Shown here: positions 8,237 through 18,881 of the stretch, in pieces
How positions within the stretch are numbered: the first letter of the stretch is position 1
Layout of the letters: the number at the start of each line of letters is the position of its first letter
Notes under the pieces: model-generated
Seen by the model: only the letters and a program-made list of their open reading frames with translations
Databases searched by the model: none
What the model was told of the DNA's origin: nothing
Translations under genes and position numbers: made by a program
NCBI GenBank assembly: GCA_050943055.1
Contig: JBMNOL010000001.1
Location: forward strand, 15,750 to 79,749
Reading direction: 5' to 3'
Source: Patescibacteria group bacterium
GTDB lineage: Bacteria; Patescibacteriota; Patescibacteriia; Patescibacteriales; UBA12465
Length of the DNA: 64,000 nt

Positions 8237-9925
8237 TTACATTTCTTCTAAATAAATAAGACCCAACAAATCAAAACCATTTTTTAAAACTTGACTGCAA
8301 GCGCGCACTAACTGCAAACGCCCCGCCGCCACTCCCGGCGCCGCCTTCAAAATCGGTCGCTGTTGGTAGTAATCATTAAACGCCTGCGCGAGCTCAAATA
8401 AGTAACGAGCAATTACCGACGGATCGCGCTCATTCGCCCCCTTGATAACTGTTTCTAAATAGCGCTCTAATTTTAAAACCAAGATTAATTCGGGTTCTTC
8501 GTAATTAGGCGCCTCCTTAGTCTCTAAAATTTTTCCGCTTTTACTCAGTAAGCTAGCAACGCGGGCGCCGGTATATTGCAAGTAAGCGGCCGTGTAACCA
8601 TCAAAACGCAAAGCTTCGGTAATATCAAAAGTGATAATTTTATCGGCGGACACTTTAATCATTTCAAATTTTAAAGCACTGACCGCTAAACCGCGCGCTG
8701 TGGTAGCAACTTTTTCCGCCGACCAATCTTCGTGTCGTTTGATAATTTCTTCACGGGCTCTGGCCTCGGCTTCATCTAAAACTTCTTGAAAAGTAATAAC
8801 ATTGCCGGTGCGCGAAGACATCATGCCATTTTTCAAAGTCAAAAAATCATAACCCAGGTGTGTCATTTTTTCTTGATACCCCATCCGCTTTAAGATGGCA
8901 AACAGTTGCTGAAAGTACAAACCTTGACGAATATCCACGACATAAATTGATTCGGCTAGATCATACTTGGCAAATTTAGCCGAAGCTAAAGCCAAATCAG
9001 CAACGGCATAAAGAGCGGTGCCATCAGAACGAATAATGGGCAGAACACCTAGACCTTCGGGCTCTAAATCAGCAATAATAGCGCCTTCGCTTTTTTTCAG
9101 AATCCCCTTAGCCAGCAACTCATCTTTTATTTTTAAGCCTTGATCAATGAAATCACTCTCATAAAAAGTATCATCGAAGTGAATGTTTAAAATCTGATAA
9201 ACAGAGGCAAAATAATCAAGGCTCCACTGGCGAGTCTCCTGCCAGAGCTGATAGACCTCTCCCTGACGACTCTCAATGGCCTTCATGATTTCACTGACCT
9301 CCTGCTTGGCAGTTTCATCGTCGCCAATTAACTGAACAGCTTCACTATAACAACGGCCTAATAAGTAGCCCTTCGGCTCCGTCGCCGTTGCGTATTTTTC
9401 TTGGCGTTGCCAATTCCAAATAGTTTTAGCCGTATGAATACCAAAATCATTAATATAGGAAACAGGGATAACCTTTTCGCCCGCCGCCGCTAAAATCTTA
9501 GCCACCGCCGCTCCGTAAGAAATATTGCGCAGGTGACCAACGTGTAATTCTTTATGCGTATTCCCATTTGAATATTCAATCATGATCGCCGGCGTCTCGC
9601 GCTCGGGCACAGATCCAAAATTTTTACCACCACTAATAATCTCCGTTGTGGCCGTAGTCGTAAAAATATCGGGCTCTAAAAAGAAATTTAAATAAGGCCC
9701 CACCGCCCGCACCTCTTTAATTGCGGCCGGTAAATCCGGGGCCGTGTTCGCTGTGGCCGCTAATTTAGCAGCTAACTCCGGCGCGCTAATTTTTTGTTTG
9801 GTGGCTTCAGTAAAGAGGGGCCAACTCAAGTGCCCCATTTTTGTCTCGGGTGGATAAACAAAATCCGTTGCCGCACAATTAAATTTTTTTGCTAGTTCTT
9901 CTTTTAACTTTTCCAAGTAAACCAT
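8237..9925 (-). CDS. argS: Arginine--tRNA ligase
   Basis: LHVGHLRN (HIGH), MSSRTGN, YLQY..ARVASLL DALR domain. Confidence 0.96.
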   Translation of the reverse strand: MVYLEKLKEELAKKFNCAATDFVYPPETKMGHLSWPLFTEATKQKISAPELAAKLAATANTAPDLPAAIKEVRAVGPYLNFFLEPDIFTTTATTEIISGGKNFGSVPERETPAIMIEYSNGNTHKELHVGHLRNISYGAAVAKILAAAGEKVIPVSYINDFGIHTAKTIWNWQRQEKYATATEPKGYLLGRCYSEAVQLIGDDETAKQEVSEIMKAIESRQGEVYQLWQETRQWSLDYFASVYQILNIHFDDTFYESDFIDQGLKIKDELLAKGILKKSEGAIIADLEPEGLGVLPIIRSDGTALYAVADLALASAKFAKYDLAESIYVVDIRQGLYFQQLFAILKRMGYQEKMTHLGYDFLTLKNGMMSSRTGNVITFQEVLDEAEARAREEIIKRHEDWSAEKVATTARGLAVSALKFEMIKVSADKIITFDITEALRFDGYTAAYLQYTGARVASLLSKSGKILETKEAPNYEEPELILVLKLERYLETVIKGANERDPSVIARYLFELAQAFNDYYQQRPILKAAPGVAAGRLQLVRACSQVLKNGFDLLGLIYLEEM

Positions 9926-10081
9926 AAAAATAAATCTACTCCCAAACCACCAAGAGCGACAGCTTGGAATACTCCCGTTAAATATGCTACAATGTTAACA
10001 AATCTGTCAGTGTTTTTCAATCTTTAAACGCTGTCTTAAAATTTTATTTTTTGCTAAATTTTAAAAAATATTTTTAACTCT

Positions 10082-11152
10082 ATGTCTATCCATCGACCCA
10101 TTTTGAGCGCCTCCTGGCGCTTGGCAACGCGCCGAAAAAAACTCTGGGTTTTTGGTTTTTTTGCCCTCCTGGTTTTTATCGGTGGCGAATACCAGATTAT
10201 TAATCAATCTTTAAATAGTGGCTGGGGCGCTAATATTTATGAACGTCTTCTTGCCAGTAGCAGCTTTTCACCGGAACTCTGGAGCGCACTTCTTGAAGCT
10301 CTAAGCGTTGACTGGCGCACCAGTTTAGCGGTTATTATTTTGATTCTTCTGGTTGCCGGTCTCTTATTCGCGGTTCTTTGGCTCGCGGTTAAATCGCAAA
10401 TTGCCTTAATTCGTTGGGCCAAAAAAGATCACGCGGGCGAAGGCGATGAGGAAATTAGTTTGTGGGATGCCTTCACAGTCAAAGATGGTCGGTTTTGGCG
10501 CGTTTTAGCGGTCGGTGTTTTGGTAGAAATTATTATTTTTGCGGTCGGCGTCTTTTTAAGTCTGCCTTTAATTTATCTGTATTTTAAAAACTCTCTCTGG
10601 GCTATCGCCGCTTACTCCTTATTCTTCTTAATTTTGATTCCGGTCGCCGTTTCCTGCTCACTCTTAGCTAAATACGCCATGGCCGAAATAGTTTTAAACA
10701 AAAAAGGGTTCACTGCCGGCGTCATTAGTGCTGTTGAGCTATTTAAAAAGAATTGGTTGGTTAGCTTAGAGATGGCTTTGATTCTTTTCTTTATCAACTT
10801 TACCGTTAGCTTTATAATTCTCTTCCTCTTAACTTTTGTAGCCTTCCCAATTATGCTAACTTTGATGATCTTTGGCCTAGCCCTCCCGCTGGCATTACTG
10901 ATTCTTACTTGTTTTCTCCTGATAGTTTCCGTCGCTTCTTTCTTGATGACTTTCCAAACTACCGCTTGGACCAATCTCTACTTGGAAATTAAAGAACACG
11001 GTGCGCCCGCTAAAATTGAAAGAATTTTTGAAAAAGGTAAAAGCCCTAAAAAACCTAAGGCGGACAAGGCTCCTGACAAAACTACCAAAGAACCCGCTTC
11101 TAAAAAGCCCCGCCTTACCACCAAAAAAACTACTCCTAAGAAAAAATCCTAA
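10082..11152 (+). CDS. Multi-pass membrane protein with Lys-rich C-terminal tail
   Basis: About 6 hydrophobic segments; first gene of an apparent operon with the pilB-like gene. Confidence 0.75.
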   Translation: MSIHRPILSASWRLATRRKKLWVFGFFALLVFIGGEYQIINQSLNSGWGANIYERLLASSSFSPELWSALLEALSVDWRTSLAVIILILLVAGLLFAVLWLAVKSQIALIRWAKKDHAGEGDEEISLWDAFTVKDGRFWRVLAVGVLVEIIIFAVGVFLSLPLIYLYFKNSLWAIAAYSLFFLILIPVAVSCSLLAKYAMAEIVLNKKGFTAGVISAVELFKKNWLVSLEMALILFFINFTVSFIILFLLTFVAFPIMLTLMIFGLALPLALLILTCFLLIVSVASFLMTFQTTAWTNLYLEIKEHGAPAKIERIFEKGKSPKKPKADKAPDKTTKEPASKKPRLTTKKTTPKKKS

Positions 11153-11155
11153 GCT

Positions 11156-14100
11156 ATGAGTCTGAGCTCCATTGACAATTTAATTACCGACGAGGAGCCG
11201 GAAGAAGGCTCACCTTTAGATAACTTTTCTCGAAAACAGAAAGAAATTAAAGTGCGCGAAATCGAACGCGAAGCGGAAGGGCGAGCCCGACTCCTCGGGC
11301 TTCCTTATATTAATCTAGATAGTTTTCCGATTAGCGGCGATGCTTTAGGTTTAATAGAGGAAATGAAGGCTCGCGATTTAAACTTGGTTTGCTTTTTTTA
11401 TGACGGCAAAGATTTTAGATTAGGGACCACTAACCCCACTACCGAAGTAAAAGAATTTGCCGAAGAGCTCCAAAAAAAATTATACGCCAATGGGGTTTTA
11501 TTTTTTATTTCCGAAAATAGTTTACAACACGCTCTTGAGCTTTACAAAAACCTGCCAAAAGTCACCCCTTACACGGGAACGGTCGAAATCAGCCCCCAAA
11601 AATTAGTAGAGTTCCAGGAAGACCTGGCTGATTATCGCAAGCTAAACGAACGGATCAACGAAGTTAATATCAGTGATGTTATTACTTTAATTTTGGCGGC
11701 TGCTATTCGTTCCGGATCTAGTGATATTCATATTGAAGCGGAAGCTCGCGGCTCGGTTATTCGCCTCCGCATTGATGGTGTTTTACACGAAGCGGCAGTT
11801 ATTACTGGTGAGAAGTGGCGACGAATAGCTACCCGTCTAAAAATTCTCGCTAAAGCAAAAATTAATATCACCGACCAGCCTCAGGATGGTCGTTTTAGTG
11901 TTCGCTTTAACGATCGCAAGCTTGATGTCCGCTGCTCTTTTTTACCAACAGCTTTTGGTGAGAGTGTGGCGCTGCGCCTACTCGACTCCTCCGCCCAATC
12001 TTTATCTTTTGAGCGCCTCGGTTTACGAACGGAAGTTTTAAAAATACTGAAAGCGCAAATCAAGAAACCAAACGGCATGATTTTAACCGCTGGTCCGACC
12101 GGCTCCGGAAAAACGACGACTCTTTATGCGATTTTAAACGAATTAAATAAGCCGAATATAAAGATTATTACTCTAGAAAACCCGATTGAATATCAGTTAC
12201 CGGGGATTAACCAGAGTCAAATTTCTGAAGATAAGGGCTATACTTTTGCCGAGGCCTTACGCTCGGTCTTGCGCCAAGATCCAAATATTTTAATGGTTGG
12301 CGAAATCCGCGATTCGGAAACAGCTAAGATTGCTTTACAATCTTCAATTACTGGCCATTTAGTTTTATCAACCATACATACCAATGATGCCGCGGGCGTG
12401 ATTCCGCGCTTACTAGATTTAGAAGTTGAACCTTATCTACTGCCACCGGCTCTAAACGTCGTTATCGGTCAACGTTTAGTGCGCCGGCTCTGTCCGCACT
12501 GCCGCGAATCTCACGAATTGAGTAATCTAGAAAAAGAACAAGTTAATAAAATTATTGGGGTCATTTCACCAAAGTCGGGCATAAGCGTCCCCGACCAGTT
12601 GCCTCCTCTCTGGAAAGCAGGCAAAGGTTGCCCAGAATGCAGTTATACCGGATACCATGGCCGAATTGGAATTTACGAACTGTTTACGATGGATGAAAAA
12701 ATAAAACAGTTAACCATTGATCGGGCGCCGTCTTTTAAAATTCTGCAACAAGCCATTGAGAATGGAATGATCACCATGCTTCAAGATGGTATTTTAAAAT
12801 GTTTTGAAGGTATTACTTCAATTGAAGAGGTTTATCGTGTAGTCGGTGATTTTGATTATATCAACGAAATCTACGATATCGTTATTTCTCAAACTATTGG
12901 TCGCGGTCTAATCATCAAGGAGGCTGACCTTACCCAAGCGAAAGAAACCCCGGTTGATGTTAAGACGCTTTCAGAACAGGTTAAAGTAATATCGCCCCGA
13001 GAAATTGTTAATTTGATTATGTCGCTAGCGATTGTTAAAGACGCGGGCGATGTTCACATTGAACCAACCGATAATTTAGTTAAAGTTCGTTTTCGAATTG
13101 ATGGCGTCTTACACGACATTGTTAATCTCCCCAAAACTTCCTATTTGCCGGTTTTAGCGGAAATGAAGATTTTAGCCGGCTTCGAAACCAACGTTAAGCG
13201 CGCCACTCTTGATGGCCGCTTTAGCTTGCATCTGCCCCAACAAAAAATGGACTGCCGCATTTCTATTATCTCTGGCGGCTACGGGGAAACGATTGTAATT
13301 CGTTTATTATCGGCGGCCGCGGTGAATTTAGATTTAGAAAAACTAGGTGTCAATGGTCCTTCTTTTGATTATTTGACTAAGGCGATGTCTAAGACTAAGG
13401 GCATTATTATTACCACCGGACCAACCGGCTCCGGTAAAACCACCACCCTCTACGCAATTTTGAATAAGTTAAATCGGCCCGATATTAAAATTATCACTGT
13501 TGAAGATCCAATTGAGTATCAACTACCAGGGACCATTCAAACTCAGATTGATACCGAACGGGGCTACACTTTTGCCTCGGCCATGCGCTCCTTGCTACGT
13601 CAAAATCCAAACATCATGATGATTGGCGAAATCCGCGATGCGGAAACCGCCAAAATTGCGATTGAAGCGGCCTCAACGGGGCACTTAGTGCTCTCGACGA
13701 TTCACGCTAATTCGGCGGCAGGAGCGATTTCTCGTTTCTCCGGTTTAGGAGTTGAGCGCCAAGCGCTGGCTAACACCTTAGAGTTTTCTATCGGCCAACG
13801 CCTGGTCCGTCGTCTTTGTAAATATTGCCGCCAGCCCGCACACATCGACGAGGAAACTCTCAGCCACGTACGCAGCATTTTATTACAAATTAAAAATCCT
13901 AAAATTAAAATCCCCCAAGATTTAATATTTTATACCGCTCCTGGTTGTCCGCACTGCAACCATATTGGCTACAAAGGAAGAGTGGGGATCTATGAGACTA
14001 TCACTACTACACCCACCATCATGAAACTGATTCAAGATAACCTCATTACCGATTATGAAATTGAGCAAGCGGCGATTGCGGAAGGAATGGTGCCAATTGT

Positions 14101-14167
14101 AGTTGATGGCATTTTAAAAGCTTTAGCCGGAGAAACCAGTTTAGACGAAATTTTTAGAGTAATTTAA
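11156..14167 (+). CDS. pilB: GspE/PilB-family ATPase with two complete tandem ATPase modules
   Basis: Two each of DIHIE/DVHIE, GPTGSGKTTTLY, E(N/D)PIEY, LRQ(D/N)P..GEIRD, STIH and CxxC...CxxC. Confidence 0.9.
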   Translation: MSLSSIDNLITDEEPEEGSPLDNFSRKQKEIKVREIEREAEGRARLLGLPYINLDSFPISGDALGLIEEMKARDLNLVCFFYDGKDFRLGTTNPTTEVKEFAEELQKKLYANGVLFFISENSLQHALELYKNLPKVTPYTGTVEISPQKLVEFQEDLADYRKLNERINEVNISDVITLILAAAIRSGSSDIHIEAEARGSVIRLRIDGVLHEAAVITGEKWRRIATRLKILAKAKINITDQPQDGRFSVRFNDRKLDVRCSFLPTAFGESVALRLLDSSAQSLSFERLGLRTEVLKILKAQIKKPNGMILTAGPTGSGKTTTLYAILNELNKPNIKIITLENPIEYQLPGINQSQISEDKGYTFAEALRSVLRQDPNILMVGEIRDSETAKIALQSSITGHLVLSTIHTNDAAGVIPRLLDLEVEPYLLPPALNVVIGQRLVRRLCPHCRESHELSNLEKEQVNKIIGVISPKSGISVPDQLPPLWKAGKGCPECSYTGYHGRIGIYELFTMDEKIKQLTIDRAPSFKILQQAIENGMITMLQDGILKCFEGITSIEEVYRVVGDFDYINEIYDIVISQTIGRGLIIKEADLTQAKETPVDVKTLSEQVKVISPREIVNLIMSLAIVKDAGDVHIEPTDNLVKVRFRIDGVLHDIVNLPKTSYLPVLAEMKILAGFETNVKRATLDGRFSLHLPQQKMDCRISIISGGYGETIVIRLLSAAAVNLDLEKLGVNGPSFDYLTKAMSKTKGIIITTGPTGSGKTTTLYAILNKLNRPDIKIITVEDPIEYQLPGTIQTQIDTERGYTFASAMRSLLRQNPNIMMIGEIRDAETAKIAIEAASTGHLVLSTIHANSAAGAISRFSGLGVERQALANTLEFSIGQRLVRRLCKYCRQPAHIDEETLSHVRSILLQIKNPKIKIPQDLIFYTAPGCPHCNHIGYKGRVGIYETITTTPTIMKLIQDNLITDYEIEQAAIAEGMVPIVVDGILKALAGETSLDEIFRVI

Positions 14168-14170
14168 TTT

Positions 14171-14746
14171 ATGCTTAATAAGAAATTTTTTGCTGATTTA
14201 ATTGCTAATTATCGTGACCAATCCGAATCACGACGAGAGATTATCGCCGCCACCGCTCCAGTGTTATTTGCGGCCAAAACAGCCATCTTCTCTCTACACC
14301 GAGGCGAAGAAGAAAAGGCGCGCCAATATTTAGAAACGGCCACAACCACTCTAAAAACTTTACAAACAGACTATTCGATTAAACGACTAGAAGAAGAAGG
14401 TACTTACCGAGCGGCGGTTGAAGAATTTGCTGAAGCCTCCTTCTTGGAACAAGTAGTTTTAAAAAATACTTTAAGTGCTAATCCTGAAGTCACCTTAAAC
14501 CACGAAGCTTACTTGGGTGGCTTATGTGATTTAGTTGGCGAGTTAGTCCGCTTGGCAACCAACAGGGCCGCGGCCGGACAACTTGAAGCGCCCGCGGAAT
14601 TAAAAATCTTAGCTGACGAAATCCTGGCGACTTTAGCGCCGGCAAATTTTACCAGCTATTTGCGAACAAAATACGACCAAGCTAATAGCCACCTGCGCAA
14701 ACTTGAACAGATGGCTTACGAAATTCGTTTACGTCAAAACACATGA
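14171..14746 (+). CDS. Translin/TRAX-family protein
   Basis: AIFSLHR, AVEEFAEA, YLGGLCDLVGELVR, LRTKYD match translin-family motifs. Confidence 0.8.
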   Translation: MLNKKFFADLIANYRDQSESRREIIAATAPVLFAAKTAIFSLHRGEEEKARQYLETATTTLKTLQTDYSIKRLEEEGTYRAAVEEFAEASFLEQVVLKNTLSANPEVTLNHEAYLGGLCDLVGELVRLATNRAAAGQLEAPAELKILADEILATLAPANFTSYLRTKYDQANSHLRKLEQMAYEIRLRQNT

Positions 14747-15237
14747 GCTTAGTAGCAATTTTTTCCGATCTCCATGACAATCTAAGTAACTTAGATTTAT
14801 TTTTAACTAAGGCCCGCGCCCAAAAAGTCGCGGCCCTTATTTTTACCGGCGACCTAACCAGTGCCGAAACCTTAGATTATCTCGTCTCGCAGTGGGACAG
14901 GCCGCTCTATTTAGTTAGTGGCAATGCTGATTTTTTTCGAAGTAATGATGTTAAAAAACACCCCCACCTTATTTATGCGGAGAATTATTTAGATTTTACT
15001 TACGAGAATTTTCACTTCTTAATTGCTCACAAGCCAACAGATTTAAAAAAAATTCTCGTCACTAACACTGTTTACGATTTCGCTTTTTATGGTCACACGC
15101 ACCGGCCCTGGATTAAAAATGAAGGCGGTGTAATTATCGCCAACCCCGGCAACTTAAAAGATGGCTTTGGCCAAGCCACCTACGCTCTTTTAGACACAAG
15201 GAGTGGTCACTTAAAATTAAAAAAACTGAGCGATTAA
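14743..15237 (+). CDS. YfcE/MJ0936-like metallophosphoesterase
   Basis: SDLHDN, TGD, GNAD, H, GHTH, NPG calcineurin-like motifs; ATGA overlap with translin gene. Confidence 0.9.
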   Translation: MSLVAIFSDLHDNLSNLDLFLTKARAQKVAALIFTGDLTSAETLDYLVSQWDRPLYLVSGNADFFRSNDVKKHPHLIYAENYLDFTYENFHFLIAHKPTDLKKILVTNTVYDFAFYGHTHRPWIKNEGGVIIANPGNLKDGFGQATYALLDTRSGHLKLKKLSD

Positions 15238-15267
15238 CAAAAACGGCTCCAGTCAGGAGCCGTTTTT

Positions 15268-17727
15268 TTATTTCAATTTTCGTAGATATTGACCGGTATA
15301 GCTTTCTTTTACTTTCGCTACTTGAGCAGGAGTCCCGGCAGCAACCAGGTAGCCTCCCGCCTTCCCGCCTTCTGGTCCCAAATCAATCAACCAATCACAA
15401 GTTTTAATCAAATCTAAATTATGTTCAATCACCAAAACGGTATTCCCTTGCTCAACTAAAAGATTAAGAACTTTTAAGAGGCGATCAATATCGGCAAAAT
15501 GCAGGCCGGTGGTGGGCTCGTCTAAAATATAAAGAGTTCGGCCGGTTGAACGTCTCGCCAGCTCTGTCGCCAGTTTAATTCGTTGAGCTTCACCGCCAGA
15601 AAAAGTAGTCGCAGCTTGACCCAGTTTTATGTAACCCAAACCAACTTGATCTAAGATTTCTAACTTATGATGCAACGCGCTTTGATCACGAAAAAAAGAA
15701 AGCGCTTCTTTAACTGTTAAGTTGAGGACTTCAAAAATATTTTTTCCCTGGTATTTAACGGCGAGAACTTTAGGTTTAAAGCGCTTACCACCACAAGCTT
15801 CGCAATTCAAATAAACATCGGCCAAAAATTGCATCTCTACTTTTATCAGGCCATCACCGCGGCAGGTTTCACAACGACCACCGGGAACATTAAAAGAAAA
15901 ATCTCCCGCCGTTAAACCGCGGGTTTTCGATTCTGGTAAATTCGCATAGAGGTCGCGAACATAACTAAAAATACCCGTATAGGTAGCCGGATTAGATCGA
16001 GGTGTCCGCCCAATTGGTGACTGATCAATAGCGATCACCTTATCAATATTTTCCAGGCCGATGATTTTTTTATGTTTACCTGGGACTGCCTTAGCTCGAT
16101 AAAAATGACGATTTAAAGCCTTGGCCAAAATATCATTCATTAAAGTAGATTTCCCCGACCCCGAGACTCCGGTAATCGCCACTAATTTACCGAGGGGTAA
16201 GCTCACATCAATATTTTTTAAATTATGTTCGCTCGCACCAATAATCTCTAAGAATTTACCCGTCCCTAAATGATCGCGACCGCGCGGTTGAATTTTTTTA
16301 CGACCGGCTAAATAATCGCCGGTTAAAGACTTCGGGCAGTTAACAATCTCACTGGGAGGGCCGGCATAAATAATCTCACCGCCATACTCACCTGCCCCAG
16401 GGCCAATATCAATTAAGTAGTCCGCTGATCGCATCATTTGCGCATCATGCTCGACGACAATCACAGTATTACCGTTATCACGCAGGCTCTTCAAAATTTC
16501 AATCAGTTTCTGATTATCCCTTTCGTGCAAACCAATTGAAGGTTCGTCTAAAATATAGATGACGCCACTTAGCCCGGCTCCGGCTTGAGTGGCCAGGCGT
16601 AAACGTTGAGCTTCGCCACCAGAAAGACTTGCCGCCCCGCGAGATAAACTTAAATAGCCTAAACCAACGTGTTGTAAAAATTTTACCTTTTTTAAAACCT
16701 CGGTTAGAATTGGCTGGGTTACGGCCGTTAAGCCAGTTTTCGCCGCTAACCATTTATTGAGTACTTCAGAAAAAGAATCAAGATCTAAATCGGTTAAAGC
16801 GGCTAAATTATAATTATGAAATTTTACTGCTAAGGCTTCGGGGTTTAAACGCGCGCCCTGACAAGCGCGGCACGTAAAAGACAACATCGCTTTTTCAAGC
16901 TCCTGTTTAACAAAGTTAGATCGCGTTTCTTGATAACGTTTATTTAAGTAAGCAATTACGCCGTCAAATTTAGAGTCGCCATACAATAAAGCTTTTTTTT
17001 GCTCTTCTTTTAAATCTTTGATTTCCGTATCCAAAGTAAAACCCTCTCGAGCGGCCAGTGCCGCCAGGTCTCGAAGTAATTCTTGCTGACGGTTAGAATT
17101 ATTGAAAGACAAAACTTTAATTGCTCCTTGAGCCAAACTTAATTTTTGATTAAAAATTAAACTTTCTTCCACCAATAATTCTGTTCCCAGTCCGGTACAA
17201 GTTGGGCAGGCCCCGGCTGTAGAGTTAAAAGAAAAATCGCGAGCTTCAAGCGGTAAACGGCAATAGCCGCAAGTCGGACACTCCCAACTGCCATTAATCT
17301 TAGTGACATCTGGACTATCTTTTTGGCACTTAACTTTTTTTAATTTAGCGCCACAATGAGGGCAAAAAGGAACGCCGGCCCGAGCATAGAGCAGGCGCAG
17401 ATAATCATAAATTTCAGTAATAGTCCCAACGGTTGAGCGCGGATTATTGCCTATTGTGCGCTGATCAATAGAAATTGCGGGTGATAAACCCTCAATAATA
17501 TCCACCTCCGGACGATCACTTAAATTCATAAATTGACGGGCGTAAGAAGATAGTGATTCAACATAACGACGCTGCCCTTCAGCATAAATCGTGTCAAAAG
17601 CCAATGAGGATTTGCCGGAACCAGACAAACCGGTAATCACCGTTAATTGATTACGCGGAATCGTTAGGCTTAAATTTTTTAAATTATTCGCACGTGCCCC
17701 TTTTATTTTTATAAAATCAACCGCCAT
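15268..17727 (-). CDS. uvrA: Excinuclease ABC subunit A (short, 819 aa)
   Basis: Two ABC domains ([26 protein letters not shown]), [14 protein letters not shown], Zn fingers. Confidence 0.93.
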   Translation of the reverse strand: MAVDFIKIKGARANNLKNLSLTIPRNQLTVITGLSGSGKSSLAFDTIYAEGQRRYVESLSSYARQFMNLSDRPEVDIIEGLSPAISIDQRTIGNNPRSTVGTITEIYDYLRLLYARAGVPFCPHCGAKLKKVKCQKDSPDVTKINGSWECPTCGYCRLPLEARDFSFNSTAGACPTCTGLGTELLVEESLIFNQKLSLAQGAIKVLSFNNSNRQQELLRDLAALAAREGFTLDTEIKDLKEEQKKALLYGDSKFDGVIAYLNKRYQETRSNFVKQELEKAMLSFTCRACQGARLNPEALAVKFHNYNLAALTDLDLDSFSEVLNKWLAAKTGLTAVTQPILTEVLKKVKFLQHVGLGYLSLSRGAASLSGGEAQRLRLATQAGAGLSGVIYILDEPSIGLHERDNQKLIEILKSLRDNGNTVIVVEHDAQMMRSADYLIDIGPGAGEYGGEIIYAGPPSEIVNCPKSLTGDYLAGRKKIQPRGRDHLGTGKFLEIIGASEHNLKNIDVSLPLGKLVAITGVSGSGKSTLMNDILAKALNRHFYRAKAVPGKHKKIIGLENIDKVIAIDQSPIGRTPRSNPATYTGIFSYVRDLYANLPESKTRGLTAGDFSFNVPGGRCETCRGDGLIKVEMQFLADVYLNCEACGGKRFKPKVLAVKYQGKNIFEVLNLTVKEALSFFRDQSALHHKLEILDQVGLGYIKLGQAATTFSGGEAQRIKLATELARRSTGRTLYILDEPTTGLHFADIDRLLKVLNLLVEQGNTVLVIEHNLDLIKTCDWLIDLGPEGGKAGGYLVAAGTPAQVAKVKESYTGQYLRKLK

Positions 17728-17840
17728 AAAGTCGAAATTTAGAAAATTATTAGCCTAGATTATAAATGTTATTAACCAATAAATCAAGAGCCGGCCAATC
17801 AAAAAACGGCCTTAAGGCCGTCCTGACTGAATCTTTTCTC

Positions 17841-18881
17841 TTAAAAAAGTGGTTCTAAAAACTTGATTACGGTCAATAAGAAGCGATCTGAGCAATTTAT
17901 TTTTTTCTTCTTCTTGTAATTAAACGGGGTGCTGGTTTTTTTCCAATTATCAAAAATTCTGAGTAGATTTCGCACTGCCTCTTTTTGAGAAAAGAAAATA
18001 CCGGCTTCAAAATTTATACCAAAAGAAAAAATATCCAAATTTTGCGACCCCACCACCGCCTCCTCGTCGTCAATAATCATTATTTTAGAATGATTCATGA
18101 CAGGGAGAAAATAACAGCGGGTGCCGAGAGCACTTAACCGCCCAGCATTTAAATAATTAACTTTATTTAAGGAGCGATGGTCAGTATTTTTTGGTATTAA
18201 AATTTCCACCCGGACGCCCCGTCTTAGGGCGCTATCAATAAGAGCCATTAGCCAACGTGGGGGCGCTAAATAAGGAGAAGTCATCTTGACGCTTTTTTGA
18301 GCATTAGCGATTTTCTCTCGGTAATAATTGTCTAGATAATAAGTCTTGCGCGAACGTGGCCAATTATCAACTAACCACGCCTTAATTTTTCTTGATAAAG
18401 CCTGTTCTGAGTAGGCTAAAATTTGCGGATTCTTGCCACCCGAAATTTTATAAGTATAAGCAAAGCTTTTTAGAATCGGTTTTACGACTACTCCCGAAAC
18501 TTGCATTGTTAAATCATTCCACTGCTGAGTATTTTTCTTGATGTTCGCCCCGCCAATAAAAGCTAATTTTTTATCAATAACCAATATTTTTCGGTGACTG
18601 CGATAAAGGAGATGGCTAAAAAAATGTAAGTCTACGCCGGCAGTTCTCAGTCTTTTAATCGCCTTTTTTGATAAGTTATGACTACCGAAGGCATCTAAAA
18701 CTAAAACAACTAAAACGCCAGCCTCGGCTTTGGCAACCAATAGCCCCACAAAGTCATGAGTCTCGCGCGTATCTTCTAAAAAAATATACATTTCCAAAAA
18801 AACAGATTCCTGGGCCTGACTGATGGCTTGATACATGCCTGACCAAACGCTAGTGGATTTTGTATAAAAACGATAAGACAT
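17841..18881 (-). CDS. Phospholipase D / cardiolipin synthase ClsB-like
   Basis: Two HKD motifs: HRKILVID and HSKIMIID..GSQN. Confidence 0.88.
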   Translation of the reverse strand: MSYRFYTKSTSVWSGMYQAISQAQESVFLEMYIFLEDTRETHDFVGLLVAKAEAGVLVVLVLDAFGSHNLSKKAIKRLRTAGVDLHFFSHLLYRSHRKILVIDKKLAFIGGANIKKNTQQWNDLTMQVSGVVVKPILKSFAYTYKISGGKNPQILAYSEQALSRKIKAWLVDNWPRSRKTYYLDNYYREKIANAQKSVKMTSPYLAPPRWLMALIDSALRRGVRVEILIPKNTDHRSLNKVNYLNAGRLSALGTRCYFLPVMNHSKIMIIDDEEAVVGSQNLDIFSFGINFEAGIFFSQKEAVRNLLRIFDNWKKTSTPFNYKKKKKINCSDRFLLTVIKFLEPLF

